Origin: an archaeon GW2011_AR15
GTDB taxonomy: Archaea > Nanobdellota > Nanobdellia > Woesearchaeales > GW2011-AR15
Assembly: GCA_000830295.1 (NCBI GenBank)
Contig: CP010425.1
Location: 160,001 to 224,000, forward strand
Direction of reading: 5' to 3'
DNA length: 64,000 nt
This document shows positions 1 through 8,644 of the stretch, in pieces (within the stretch, counting starts at the first letter, position 1; every line of letters starts with the position of its first letter). The notes under the pieces were generated by a model, which was given only the letters and a program-made list of their open reading frames with translations, was not told the DNA's origin and searched no databases. Both the position numbers and the translations under genes were made by a program.

Positions 1-2
1 AT

Positions 3-158
3 GTGCTGACATGCTCAAAAGCCAATACAGTAAAAGAATTCCTGGACAATATCAAAAACAAAAAGAACCATGTCATTGGAAAAGAGCTGAGGTTCAACAA
101 GTTCAGCGAATATTTTTACTATGGCAAAAATAAGATAAAGAATATTTTTTCAAAATGA
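3..158 (+). CDS. C-terminal end of a gene truncated by the window edge (possibly PHP-domain protein)
   Basis: Open frame VLTCSKANTVKEFLDNIKNKKNHVIGKE...IFSK ending in TGA 156-158, which overlaps the ATG of the next gene (ATGA). Confidence 0.55.
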   Translation: MLTCSKANTVKEFLDNIKNKKNHVIGKELRFNKFSEYFYYGKNKIKNIFSK

Positions 159-394
159 TAGACGGTTACATAAAAAACAGCAGGCTGACAATCATCGTAA
201 AGCCCAATTCATCCAAGAACGAGATAACCGGCTATGACAGGGAAAGAGAAGCAATAAAAGTAAACATAAAAGCAGCAGCTGAAGACAACAAAGCTAACAT
301 AGAAGTTATAAAATTCTTTTCAAAGCTTACAAAGAAAAAAGTAAGGATAGTATTGGGACTAACAGGAAAAAAGAAAATAATTGAAATAGCCTAA
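155..394 (+). CDS. DUF167/YggU family protein
   Basis: IVKPNSSKNEI...IKAAAEDNKAN..VIKFFSK...VRIVLGLT.KKK pattern typical of YggU. Confidence 0.9.
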   Translation: MIDGYIKNSRLTIIVKPNSSKNEITGYDREREAIKVNIKAAAEDNKANIEVIKFFSKLTKKKVRIVLGLTGKKKIIEIA

Positions 395-867
395 TCTTCT
401 TTTTCTTCCTTATACTTCACTAATTTCACGCCCGCTTCCTCATATAATTTCCTGGATATCGGATCCAGGTCATAATCCTCGCTGTAATAGACTTTCTTTA
501 TTCCTGCGTTTATGATGTGCTTCGTGCAGTATCTGCATGTAAAGAGGCTGGTATAAAAAGTGGCGCCTTTAATAGAAACCCCGTTGTATGCTGCCTGCAA
601 CAGTGCATTTTCCTCTGCATGCACGCAGACACACTCGTCAAGTTTTTCTCCTGACTTTACAGTGCCTTTCACCCTTCCCTCGCACCTCGGGCAGCCGCCT
701 TCGTCGCAGTTCTTTATCCCTCTCGGCGTGCCATTGTAGCCTGTAGAGAGAATCATGTTGTCTCTTACAATGACTGCTCCCACCTGCCTTGAAGTGCAGG
801 AACTTCTCTTTGCCACAAGCTTTGCTATTTTGATAAAGTATTCATCCCATGTCGGTTTTTTGTTCAT
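391..867 (-). CDS. dCMP deaminase (ComEB family)
   Basis: PTWDEYF, RSSC..RQVGAV, TGYNG, HAEENA and TCRYC Zn-binding motifs. Confidence 0.93.
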   Translation of the reverse strand: MNKKPTWDEYFIKIAKLVAKRSSCTSRQVGAVIVRDNMILSTGYNGTPRGIKNCDEGGCPRCEGRVKGTVKSGEKLDECVCVHAEENALLQAAYNGVSIKGATFYTSLFTCRYCTKHIINAGIKKVYYSEDYDLDPISRKLYEEAGVKLVKYKEEKED

Positions 868-1405
868 TTAACCACCTTTTGAAATTTTCATATTCTTTTT
901 TTAACTCGTCCATTGTCCCTATATTTCGTATCATATAGTCTGCAATCGCTATCGGCCCCACTTTGTTGATATTCTCTATCTCGCTCTTGTCCCTGCTCTG
1001 CGCTTCCTCCGGCGTAAGAGGCCTGACAGGCCTTTTTCCCAGCCATTTATGCCTGAGTGATGGAGGGGAATAGACTGCAAGGACAATCAGCCTGTTTCCA
1101 AATTTTTCCTTAAGATAAAGATATTCTTCCCAGCTGTAAAGCCCGTCGGCAACCACGTCAGACTTTTTCAGAGCTTTGGTAATCTTAGGCTCGTTGAGGA
1201 TTGCATAAGCAGCCATGCCGTGGTCTTTCCTTAGTTTCTCCCTGATGTACCTCTCGTTCTTCTCATTTACCTGCAGGCCTGCTTCCTTTATTTTCTCCTC
1301 TGTTATATCGCCGAACCTTATCTTATGATAGCCTTCTTTTTCCATCATGCCCGCAAGCTCAGTCTTGCCAGAACCAGTCATGCCAACTATTGCTATTACT
1401 TTCAT
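842..1405 (-). CDS. Archaeal-type dephospho-CoA kinase-like P-loop protein
   Basis: GMTGSGKT Walker A right after ATG 1405; ER..RE.LR..HG, DG, and IAIADY.I.N motifs; upstream ORF extension to 1534 is spurious. Confidence 0.75.
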   Translation of the reverse strand: MKVIAIVGMTGSGKTELAGMMEKEGYHKIRFGDITEEKIKEAGLQVNEKNERYIREKLRKDHGMAAYAILNEPKITKALKKSDVVADGLYSWEEYLYLKEKFGNRLIVLAVYSPPSLRHKWLGKRPVRPLTPEEAQSRDKSEIENINKVGPIAIADYMIRNIGTMDELKKEYENFKRWLNEQKTDMG

Positions 1406-1482
1406 TATTCCCCCGATCCAGAGATGATAGCATAATAATTTAAATATGTTGCTGTATTGCAGGATACAGATATGGGGGCTAC

Positions 1483-1575
1483 ATGAAACCGCTAATGCTT
1501 TTGGCAGTTCTTGCAGTGCTTTCGCTGGCGGCATTCGCGGCAGTTCTGCGGGTATTTGTGTGGGTGAGAAGATGA
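1483..1575 (+). CDS. 30-aa single-helix membrane peptide (not in ORF track)
   Basis: MKPLMLLAVLAVLSLAAFAAVLRVFVWVRR*; GGGGG upstream; its TGA overlaps the doxX ATG (ATGA). Confidence 0.5.
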   Translation: MKPLMLLAVLAVLSLAAFAAVLRVFVWVRR

Positions 1576-2042
1576 AGGAAAAGGCTGCTGTTCTGCTTAG
1601 GATCGGATTATCGCTGGTGTTCCTGTGGTTTGGCTTTAACCAGCTTTTGTTCCCTGAAAGTTTTTTAGGGTATTTGCCGGAGTGGGTGATGGGGCATGCG
1701 AGGGACTCAATACCTCATTATATGATGGTAATGATGAGCTATCTGCCGGAGAACCTCTCTATTCTCATAATAGTGAATGGTATTTTTGAAATAACCTTCG
1801 GTACTCTTTTGTTATTGGGAGTGTTTACAAGAATCTCCTCGCTGGTTCTTGCAGCACATCTGGCGTTTATAGCCGTAAGCCTTGGGTACAATGATGTTGC
1901 AGTAAGAGATTTCGGCCTGGTAATTGCCGCTCTTTCAGTATTCCTGCATGGGCCGGATGAGAAATCACTAGACAGGAAATTAAAAATCAGAATACCAAAA
2001 ATTCTTAAGCCGCTTTATTTCTTTGATGATAAGCTCAAATGA
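1572..2042 (+). CDS. DoxX family membrane protein
   Basis: LLRIGLSLVFLWFG...GIFEI..G.LLLLG.FTR...RDFGL. Confidence 0.85.
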   Translation: MKEKAAVLLRIGLSLVFLWFGFNQLLFPESFLGYLPEWVMGHARDSIPHYMMVMMSYLPENLSILIIVNGIFEITFGTLLLLGVFTRISSLVLAAHLAFIAVSLGYNDVAVRDFGLVIAALSVFLHGPDEKSLDRKLKIRIPKILKPLYFFDDKLK

Positions 2043-2614
2043 AACCTGAAGAAGGAGATATTGAAGAGATAGAGAATCTTAATCAGGACAAGAAACTACT
2101 CAAGAGGCTGAAGAAAATATATATTGTTGTCATTGCGCTCCTTCTTGCTGCATTGCTTATAATGAATACAAATGCGGGCTACCATATTATTTCACTTCTC
2201 TCAGGCAGGATAGTGACTTCAAATCTTGGAGAGGACTATACTTTTGCGCTGAAAAAAGGCGGCCTGGTTATATTTGAAAAAGAAACATATGAAATACTGA
2301 GGCAGATGTATCTCGATAACCAGGAGCATGAGATAAAGGCCTGCCTGACCGGATACAGGAATGAAAACAACTATGTTGTGGAAGGGCTCTATGCCCCTTT
2401 AATATACAGGCAGGATGTTTATTCAGTAACTTCTCAGCTGTGCAACAGCAGCACTATTGTCTCGCTGCACAGCCATCCCCCGCTGAGCTGCATATTTTCA
2501 GAGCAGGACATAGAATCATATGGGGCATTCAAGGGTGTTAACCCTGAAGGTATAATAGGAGTCATGTGCGGGGAAGAGACAATTACCTTCTACGGCTACC
2601 AGAATAAAGTTTAA
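2039..2614 (+). CDS. Membrane-anchored JAB/MPN (JAMM) domain protein
   Basis: N-terminal TM helix; E...HSHP......FS..D JAMM motif. Confidence 0.7.
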   Translation: MKPEEGDIEEIENLNQDKKLLKRLKKIYIVVIALLLAALLIMNTNAGYHIISLLSGRIVTSNLGEDYTFALKKGGLVIFEKETYEILRQMYLDNQEHEIKACLTGYRNENNYVVEGLYAPLIYRQDVYSVTSQLCNSSTIVSLHSHPPLSCIFSEQDIESYGAFKGVNPEGIIGVMCGEETITFYGYQNKV

Positions 2615-2691
2615 ATACTTCTCTTATTACTATATTCCAGTTCTATATTAGAACGATACTTTTATATACCAGTATACAAATATATAATAAA

Positions 2692-3459
2692 ATGCTAGAG
2701 GCCTCAGTGAAGTCAAACGACCAGATATTCAACATTCTCTTTAATAGCGATGAGATTACCTGGCAGAATATGATTTATGATCTTGTTAGTTCAGAGAATA
2801 TGGACCCGTGGGACATTGACGTGTCAATGCTTGCCCAGAAGTTCCTTGAGAAACTGAACAAACTGAAAGATATGGACCTGAAGATATCTGGGAAAGTGCT
2901 TTTGGCTGCAGCTATACTTCTCAGGGTGAAATCATACAGGTTCATGGAAGAGGACATAAACGCTCTTGACACCCTAATTGCATCAGCCAACGAGCCTGAG
3001 CATGACGGCGATCTGTTTGATGAGATGATGGAATATGAGGAGGGTGCTCTCAGTCTTGAAGGAAGGCCAAGGATATACCCAAGGACACCTCAGCCAAGGA
3101 AGAGGAAAGTCTCTGTGTTTGACCTGGTAAATGCCCTTGAAAAAGCCCTAGAAGTCTATGAGAGAAGGCCTCCGAAGATGAAAAGCTATCCTGAGGTAAA
3201 GATTCCTGAGAAAACACTTGATATAAGCAGGGTAATAAAAGATGTATATGCAAAGATAGTCCGTCATTTCAAATCAAAGGGGAAGGAAGCCCCAAAACTG
3301 ACATTTAATCTCCTCCTGCCTGAAAACACAAAAGAGGATAAGGTGTTCACATTCATTCCTCTGCTCCACCTGGACAACCAGAGAAAAATAGACCTGATAC
3401 AGGAGTATCACCATGGCGAGATTTTCATAGATCTTCTCAATTCCCCTGAAACTTCCTAA
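2692..3459 (+). CDS. scpA: Segregation and condensation protein A (kleisin)
   Basis: MDPWDID, SGKVLLAAAILLRVKS, RKVSVFDLVNALEKAL, TFIPLLHL. Confidence 0.92.
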   Translation: MLEASVKSNDQIFNILFNSDEITWQNMIYDLVSSENMDPWDIDVSMLAQKFLEKLNKLKDMDLKISGKVLLAAAILLRVKSYRFMEEDINALDTLIASANEPEHDGDLFDEMMEYEEGALSLEGRPRIYPRTPQPRKRKVSVFDLVNALEKALEVYERRPPKMKSYPEVKIPEKTLDISRVIKDVYAKIVRHFKSKGKEAPKLTFNLLLPENTKEDKVFTFIPLLHLDNQRKIDLIQEYHHGEIFIDLLNSPETS

Positions 3460-3561
3460 AGTAAGGGTTAGGATAGAATGGTTCCTGAGCCTTATCTTTC
3501 CACAGGATACCGGAAAATCTAGGCGAAAATTATAAATACCTCGCTTTTAACCCATTTAGCT

Positions 3562-4668
3562 ATGGGGTTTACAAATCTTACGGCAATAGCAGATTCTGTT
3601 GATAATTACATGGTTTCTGCCGGGATAAATGAGATACATTTCAGAGCAGGGATCGTGCTGCTGACTTTCCTTATTCTTGGATTAATAACAATGCTCCTTT
3701 TCAAGGTTATCCTGAAAAGACTGGTGCAAAAAACAAAAACTGATTTTGATGACAAGGTAATTGATGCAACACAGATGCCTGTGCTCCTCCTGGTCATCAT
3801 GTCAGGAATATTCTTCTCAGGCAAGATGCTTGATCTGGACATGTCCCTGCAGCCTTATTTTTCAAAGATATACCTCTCAATAGTCTCTTACCTCCTGTTC
3901 CTGATATTGCTCAGGGTCGTACTTCTTATTGTGCATCGTGTAAGGGAAGTTACCACAACAAGGAAAGTGAAAGTCTTTGAAGATAAGGTCTTCCCGGTTT
4001 TTGAAAAAAGCCTTAAGGTTCTTATGGTTATAGTCTATATTTTCGTGTTCTTCCACATATGGGCTATAAATTTTACTCCGCTGCTGGCAAGCGCGGGTAT
4101 TCTCGGCCTGGCTATAGCATTCGCAGCACAGAGCACAATTGCAAATATCTTTGGCGGAATCTCTCTGTTCCTGGACAAGACATATGAAATCGGAGACTAC
4201 ATAATCGTTGATGATAAGGACAGGGGCGAGATAATAGATCTCGGCCTGAGAAGCACAAAGATAAGGACAACTGCTGGTGTTCTAATAACTATTCCCAATT
4301 CAATAATGGCAAACACCAAAGTGGTGAATGAGTCAGGCATAAACCCTAAGATAAGGATCCACGTTGAAGTTGGCGTTTCCTATGATTCAGACCTGGACAA
4401 GGTAGAAAAGTTATTGCTTGATATGGCAGGGAGATCTGATTATGTTGAAAAGAACCCTGAGCCGCACGTGAGATTCAGGAACTTCGGGGATTCAGGGATT
4501 ACTCTGCAATACCTGTTCTGGATAAAAGACCCGTCCTATAAGGGAATTTACACAAGCCTTGCAATAAAAGAGATTCATAAGAAATTCAGAGAAGAGGGAA
4601 TAGAGATACCATATCCAAAGAGGGATTTATACATAAAGAAAAGTTCTGAGATAAAAGTGAAAAAATGA
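3562..4668 (+). CDS. mscS: Small-conductance mechanosensitive channel
   Basis: GLAIAFAAQSTIANIFGG, IGDYI, GLRSTKIRT, IPNS, EIPYP. Confidence 0.93.
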   Translation: MGFTNLTAIADSVDNYMVSAGINEIHFRAGIVLLTFLILGLITMLLFKVILKRLVQKTKTDFDDKVIDATQMPVLLLVIMSGIFFSGKMLDLDMSLQPYFSKIYLSIVSYLLFLILLRVVLLIVHRVREVTTTRKVKVFEDKVFPVFEKSLKVLMVIVYIFVFFHIWAINFTPLLASAGILGLAIAFAAQSTIANIFGGISLFLDKTYEIGDYIIVDDKDRGEIIDLGLRSTKIRTTAGVLITIPNSIMANTKVVNESGINPKIRIHVEVGVSYDSDLDKVEKLLLDMAGRSDYVEKNPEPHVRFRNFGDSGITLQYLFWIKDPSYKGIYTSLAIKEIHKKFREEGIEIPYPKRDLYIKKSSEIKVKK

Positions 4669-4997
4669 TAGGATTTGCCGATTTTCTGAAGGTTGATATA
4701 AGAGTAGGAAAAATCATTGAAGTAGAGGATTTTCCTGAGGCAAAGAATCCCAGCTATATACTGAAAATTGATTTCGGAGAGCTTGGTATAAAGAGATCAT
4801 CAGCGCAGCTCGTAAAGACATACAGCAAGAAGGAGCTGAAAGGAAAAAAGGTGCTGGCTGTTGTCAATTTTCCGCCCAAGCAGATAGGCCCTGTCATGTC
4901 TGAGGTTCTCACACTCGGAGTTCCCAATGGTAATAAGGGAGAGTGCATACTTGCTGTGCCTGACAAGGACGTGCCGATTGGCGGCAGACTCTATTAA
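4665..4997 (+). CDS. csaA: tRNA-binding protein/chaperone CsaA
   Basis: DIRVGKI, IDFGELG.KRSSAQL, VVNFPPKQIG..MSEVLTLG. Confidence 0.92.
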   Translation: MIGFADFLKVDIRVGKIIEVEDFPEAKNPSYILKIDFGELGIKRSSAQLVKTYSKKELKGKKVLAVVNFPPKQIGPVMSEVLTLGVPNGNKGECILAVPDKDVPIGGRLY

Positions 4998-5035
4998 AGG
5001 AAAGTTATTTATATCTTGTTAACCTGTATATTTTT

Positions 5036-5170
5036 ATGGTATGCGAACACGTGAAAGAATTGTACAGGTATGTGAAAGAGCATGACCTGAAAATATCCGC
5101 GCATGATATCCTGACAGTAGAGTGCAGGAAATGCAGAGATAAAGACAAGTGTGATATAATCCCCTCATAA
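5036..5170 (+). CDS. 44-aa Cys/His-rich micro-protein (not in ORF track)
   Basis: MVCEHVKELYRYVKEHDLKISAHDILTVECRKCRDKDKCDIIPS*; preceded by TTTATAT TATA box at leaderless spacing. Confidence 0.65.
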   Translation: MVCEHVKELYRYVKEHDLKISAHDILTVECRKCRDKDKCDIIPS

Positions 5171-5370
5171 AGTTTAAATATAATCTAAACATTCCTTTTC
5201 GGCATGGCTTATACAGAATCAGTATCCGGGTTCTTTTTCTTTAACTAGTCATAGGCCTAAACTAAAATTCCTTTCTCAACTGGTCTGAAAAACCGCAAGC
5301 TTCTGGAATGAAAAACTGGGCCTCCGGGATTCAATAAAAAAACAAAATAAAAAACACGGAGGAGTAAAAA

Positions 5371-5949
5371 ATGGTAGATATACTGGTTAAAGACTTAGAA
5401 GATTATGTAAAGGAATATAGCTCGCTGGCAAATGAGCTGCTGAATTACAAAAGCTCTGTGCTGAGAGCAATGCTAGGAAAAAGTATAAATTACAGTTACA
5501 GAGAAACCCGGTGGGCTAAATCTAAACTCTCTATCGGGCCCGGTATAAATCATACGCCTGAGCTTCCTGGACTATATCTTGAAAGGAAAAACCTAGATGA
5601 AGTCACGGGCAAGCAGGTAGTCAGAATCAGCGGAATAGGAAGTGTGGTTAATTATCTGGAAGAAATAACATTGGACCCTGAGGATGTATCGACCCACGAG
5701 ATAAGGCAGGCTGCTGTAAATTCCCCACCTTATCTAGGCATAGACCAACCCGATGAACTCGAAATCAATTACGGCAGCAGAGAGGAATTGATAAGTAGCC
5801 TAATGAAGCTCCGCAAATTAGGAAGGCACCTGTCTGAGAAGCTAATTGAGCTCCAAGAGAGCTACAAACAGAAACATGGAGCTGTCATCAATCAATATGT
5901 TGAAAGTGCAAGACGTTGGCGTGAAACGAGAGAGGAATATTGCTTTTAG
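5371..5949 (+). CDS. Hypothetical protein
   Basis: 192-aa ORF with strong GGAGGAG RBS. Confidence 0.7.
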   Translation: MVDILVKDLEDYVKEYSSLANELLNYKSSVLRAMLGKSINYSYRETRWAKSKLSIGPGINHTPELPGLYLERKNLDEVTGKQVVRISGIGSVVNYLEEITLDPEDVSTHEIRQAAVNSPPYLGIDQPDELEINYGSREELISSLMKLRKLGRHLSEKLIELQESYKQKHGAVINQYVESARRWRETREEYCF

Positions 5950-5959
5950 GTGATGAAAG

Positions 5960-6424
5960 ATGATAGAAATATTAATGTTGGGTATGTGTACACTGATAGC
6001 TGGAATGTTCTGGAGCCCGAGGTTTGGCGATGCCACCCGGTATCTTTCAGAAGACAAAAAAGAGGCTCGGGAGCCGGAAGGATGGTGGAGCGGCATGGCT
6101 CAGCTTCCGGGCTCAACGCAATATCTGAAGCACACTACAATAAGCATCCCTGAAAGCATCTCAGGGCTGTTCCCAGAGCATGAGACTATGAGAATAGGGT
6201 ATGATGTGCATTCCAATGCAATATATCTCTATCTTGTAGGAGAAAACGGCTCAGGCCGGAACAGGATGATTGGCTCTGTTGAGTATCATTCAGATGACCC
6301 TAACGATTACAACAGCAAAGCAAGAGAGATTGCCAGGGATGAAAGCCGGCTGCTGGAAATCATCAGGAAATATGCGTCCAACTGGATGAGACCGATTGGA
6401 AAAGTGAGATATCGGCAGGAATAA
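5960..6424 (+). CDS. Hypothetical protein with N-terminal hydrophobic anchor
   Basis: 154-aa ORF, GGTGA RBS, follows 5371 gene; T-run after the stop. Confidence 0.65.
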   Translation: MIEILMLGMCTLIAGMFWSPRFGDATRYLSEDKKEAREPEGWWSGMAQLPGSTQYLKHTTISIPESISGLFPEHETMRIGYDVHSNAIYLYLVGENGSGRNRMIGSVEYHSDDPNDYNSKAREIARDESRLLEIIRKYASNWMRPIGKVRYRQE

Positions 6425-6479
6425 TTATTTTTTTTCTTTTTTAACAATCTTTTTAAAGATATTCTGGTTATCTGTATTA

Positions 6480-6809
6480 ATGGCTGAACTATCCAAAAAA
6501 AGCTGCGTGCCGTGCAGAACAGGGGCTCCCAAGCTGAAGAGAGAGGAAATAGAAAATTACCTCACGGATTTAGAGAAAGACTGGAAAGTTGTTGATAATC
6601 ATCATCTCTATAAAAAATTCAACTTCCCTGATTTTATCTCTACTCTTAATTTTGTTAACAAGATAGGGGAGATTGCTGAAGAGGAAGGCCACCACCCAAA
6701 CATATGCTTCACATGGGGGATTGTTGAAGTTAAGATATGGACCCACAAAATAGATGGCCTGCATGAGAACGACTTTATTCTGGCGGCAAAAATTGATAAG
6801 CTGGTTTAA
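6480..6809 (+). CDS. phhB: Pterin-4-alpha-carbinolamine dehydratase
   Basis: CVPC, AEEEGHHP, WTHKIDGLHENDFILAAKID. Confidence 0.93.
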   Translation: MAELSKKSCVPCRTGAPKLKREEIENYLTDLEKDWKVVDNHHLYKKFNFPDFISTLNFVNKIGEIAEEEGHHPNICFTWGIVEVKIWTHKIDGLHENDFILAAKIDKLV

Positions 6810-7096
6810 AGCAGCACAAGCGATGAAGTAGCCCCACAGTAGAAATAGATGTTGTTTATCGGCAGGTCAAAATGCTTTCTCAGCGACCGCGCCTGTTTCC
6901 TTGCCTTTGTTATCCTGAAAGAGCATTTGACTTCATAGAGATCGAATGTGTCCCCTTTTTTGGCGAGAAGGTCAATTTCGCCGAGAGAGCGCTTTTTCTT
7001 TTTTATCATAATGTTGGTAGAAACAGAATCATACCTGTCCTTTATTTTATCGTGCAGGTCCTTTAGATACCTATCGTGCTTGTTTAACCTAAACAC
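6806..7096 (-). CDS. Small PD-(D/E)xK nuclease-fold protein (YraN/Hjc-like)
   Basis: GEIDLLAKK...YEVKCS...KARKQ. Confidence 0.7.
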   Translation of the reverse strand: MFRLNKHDRYLKDLHDKIKDRYDSVSTNIMIKKKKRSLGEIDLLAKKGDTFDLYEVKCSFRITKARKQARSLRKHFDLPINNIYFYCGATSSLVLL

Positions 7097-7212
7097 CCTT
7101 TAGATTATACCAGTATACATATTTATATGATTTATATATTTTGCGATACCACTGATGTTTAGAAACCAATATCTATAAAATTGGTTTTTTATTACAGAAA
7201 TCTTTAAATAAT

Positions 7213-7228
7213 GTTCGGCTTTCCAAAC
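7213..7228 (+). promoter_or_regulatory. Putative DtxR/MntR operator between TATA box and FTR1 RBS
   Basis: Imperfect palindrome GTTCGG-CTTT-CCAAAC just after TTTAAATA; same box at 30341-30356. Confidence 0.65.
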
Positions 7229-7245
7229 TTCAAAGGTGAATAAAA

Positions 7246-8094
7246 ATAATTGCTGATTTTCTGATAACCTTCAGGGAGACACTGGAGGCTGCTCTTATAG
7301 TCGGAATCATTCTGGCATATCTTAGCAAAACAAAGAATACAAGATACAATAATATCGTTTATACTGGTATTGGAGCAGGTCTTGTTGCCAGCATCATAGC
7401 TGCCTTCCTCTTTACCAAGGTATACGGAGGATTCACAGGAGCTGCTGAAGAGATATTTGAAGGTGTTGCAATGCTCTTCGGCTCATTCCTTATAACCACG
7501 GTCATATTGTGGATGATGAACCAGAAAAACATATCGCATGACTTAAAAGAAAAAGTTGCCAAGGATATAGAGCATAAAAACAGGACCGGATTATTCCTCC
7601 TGACGTTTATTTCTGTCCTTAGGGAAGGTGTTGAAACCGTCATTTTCCTTGGCGCTGCCAGTTTTGTCAACGGCACAAACAGGCTTCTTGGCGGAGCTCT
7701 TGGCGTTGCTTTTGCAATCTTCCTTGGCTACCTCTTATTTGTGGCATCAGTCAGGGTTGATATAAAGAAATTTTTCAATATCTCAAGCCTCCTGCTTATC
7801 TTGTTTGCAGCAGGACTTGCTGCCCACGGTGTCCATGAGCTTCAGGAGGCGCATGTGCTTCCAACTTATATAGAGCATGTCTGGGACATAAATCCTCCTG
7901 CCCCTCTTGCTGATCAGGGAATCTATCCTCCACTGCATGAGAACGGCTCTGTAGGGAGCATAGCAAAGGGCCTCTTTGGATATAATGGTAACCCTTCTCT
8001 TCTGGAGGTGCTTGCATATCTCGTCTATATTGCTGTTGTCTTTATTATATACAAAGCTTTAAATTTACCTGATCACTTGCATATTAGGAAATAA
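7246..8094 (+). CDS. FTR1/EfeU iron permease with non-canonical (ATA/ATT) start
   Basis: In-frame IADFLITFRETLEA (first RExxE) upstream of the annotated 7471 start; second motif LREGVET; GGTGA RBS 6 nt before ATA 7246. Confidence 0.85.
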   Translation: MIADFLITFRETLEAALIVGIILAYLSKTKNTRYNNIVYTGIGAGLVASIIAAFLFTKVYGGFTGAAEEIFEGVAMLFGSFLITTVILWMMNQKNISHDLKEKVAKDIEHKNRTGLFLLTFISVLREGVETVIFLGAASFVNGTNRLLGGALGVAFAIFLGYLLFVASVRVDIKKFFNISSLLLILFAAGLAAHGVHELQEAHVLPTYIEHVWDINPPAPLADQGIYPPLHENGSVGSIAKGLFGYNGNPSLLEVLAYLVYIAVVFIIYKALNLPDHLHIRK

Positions 8095-8095
8095 C

Positions 8096-8644
8096 TTGCT
8101 TAAGCAGTTCAAGGATAAAAATCAAAAAATCAGGCTTGTGCTCCTATTTTTCCTTCTAATAGTTGTTGGTTTGCTTTTCTATCAGAAACTTTTCATATTT
8201 TCAGTAATCATGGTTTTTTCAGCGCTGCTGCAATATACTACACATAGGCAGGATATAAAGATAAATCTCGGCCACGTGTTTTTTCTGGGGCTTATAACAG
8301 TAAGCCAGATAGGACTAGTCTACGGAATTCTGCTTATTGTCTTCGCTGAATTCCTTCCAAAGGCTATGGTCGGCGATATGGAAGCAAGAACAATATTTTC
8401 GCTCCCATTGTCAATTGTGATGATGGTGCTTTTTAGCTCGCTTAAAGACTACAGTTTCACGCTTGTAGGCATATTGCTGGTAATAATAAACTACACGCTT
8501 CTGTACTTCTTCTCAAAGATATCGAGGGACCCTATGCCTGAAAAGCTTCTGGAAATAGGACTCCCCTTCCTGCTCAACATAATTTACATCCTGTCTGCAT
8601 CAGAGCCCATAATAAGCATAGTGGGAAGAGTCATATCAGCTTAA
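8096..8644 (+). CDS. Uncharacterised multi-TM protein (ECF S-component-like size), paralog of 29750-30337
   Basis: About 6 hydrophobic segments; shared I.I.LGHV.FL...G..YGI motif; starts 1 nt after the FTR1 stop. Confidence 0.7.
   Translation: MLKQFKDKNQKIRLVLLFFLLIVVGLLFYQKLFIFSVIMVFSALLQYTTHRQDIKINLGHVFFLGLITVSQIGLVYGILLIVFAEFLPKAMVGDMEARTIFSLPLSIVMMVLFSSLKDYSFTLVGILLVIINYTLLYFFSKISRDPMPEKLLEIGLPFLLNIIYILSASEPIISIVGRVISA

Noticed and set aside
1406-1571. Long N-terminal extensions of the kinase (to 1534) and DoxX (from 1446)
   Set aside because: They overlap each other across a divergent promoter; family motifs begin at 1405 and 1572. Similar over-extended starts were trimmed for several other genes
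3462-3496. Imperfect hairpin after scpA
   Set aside because: Single weak stem, consistent with an ordinary 3' structure; no second copy seen
7237-7239. TGA read-through or recoding to extend FTR1
   Set aside because: The TGA is part of the GGTGA RBS, the upstream frame has no suitable start before the promoter, and TGA is used as a normal stop elsewhere in the window
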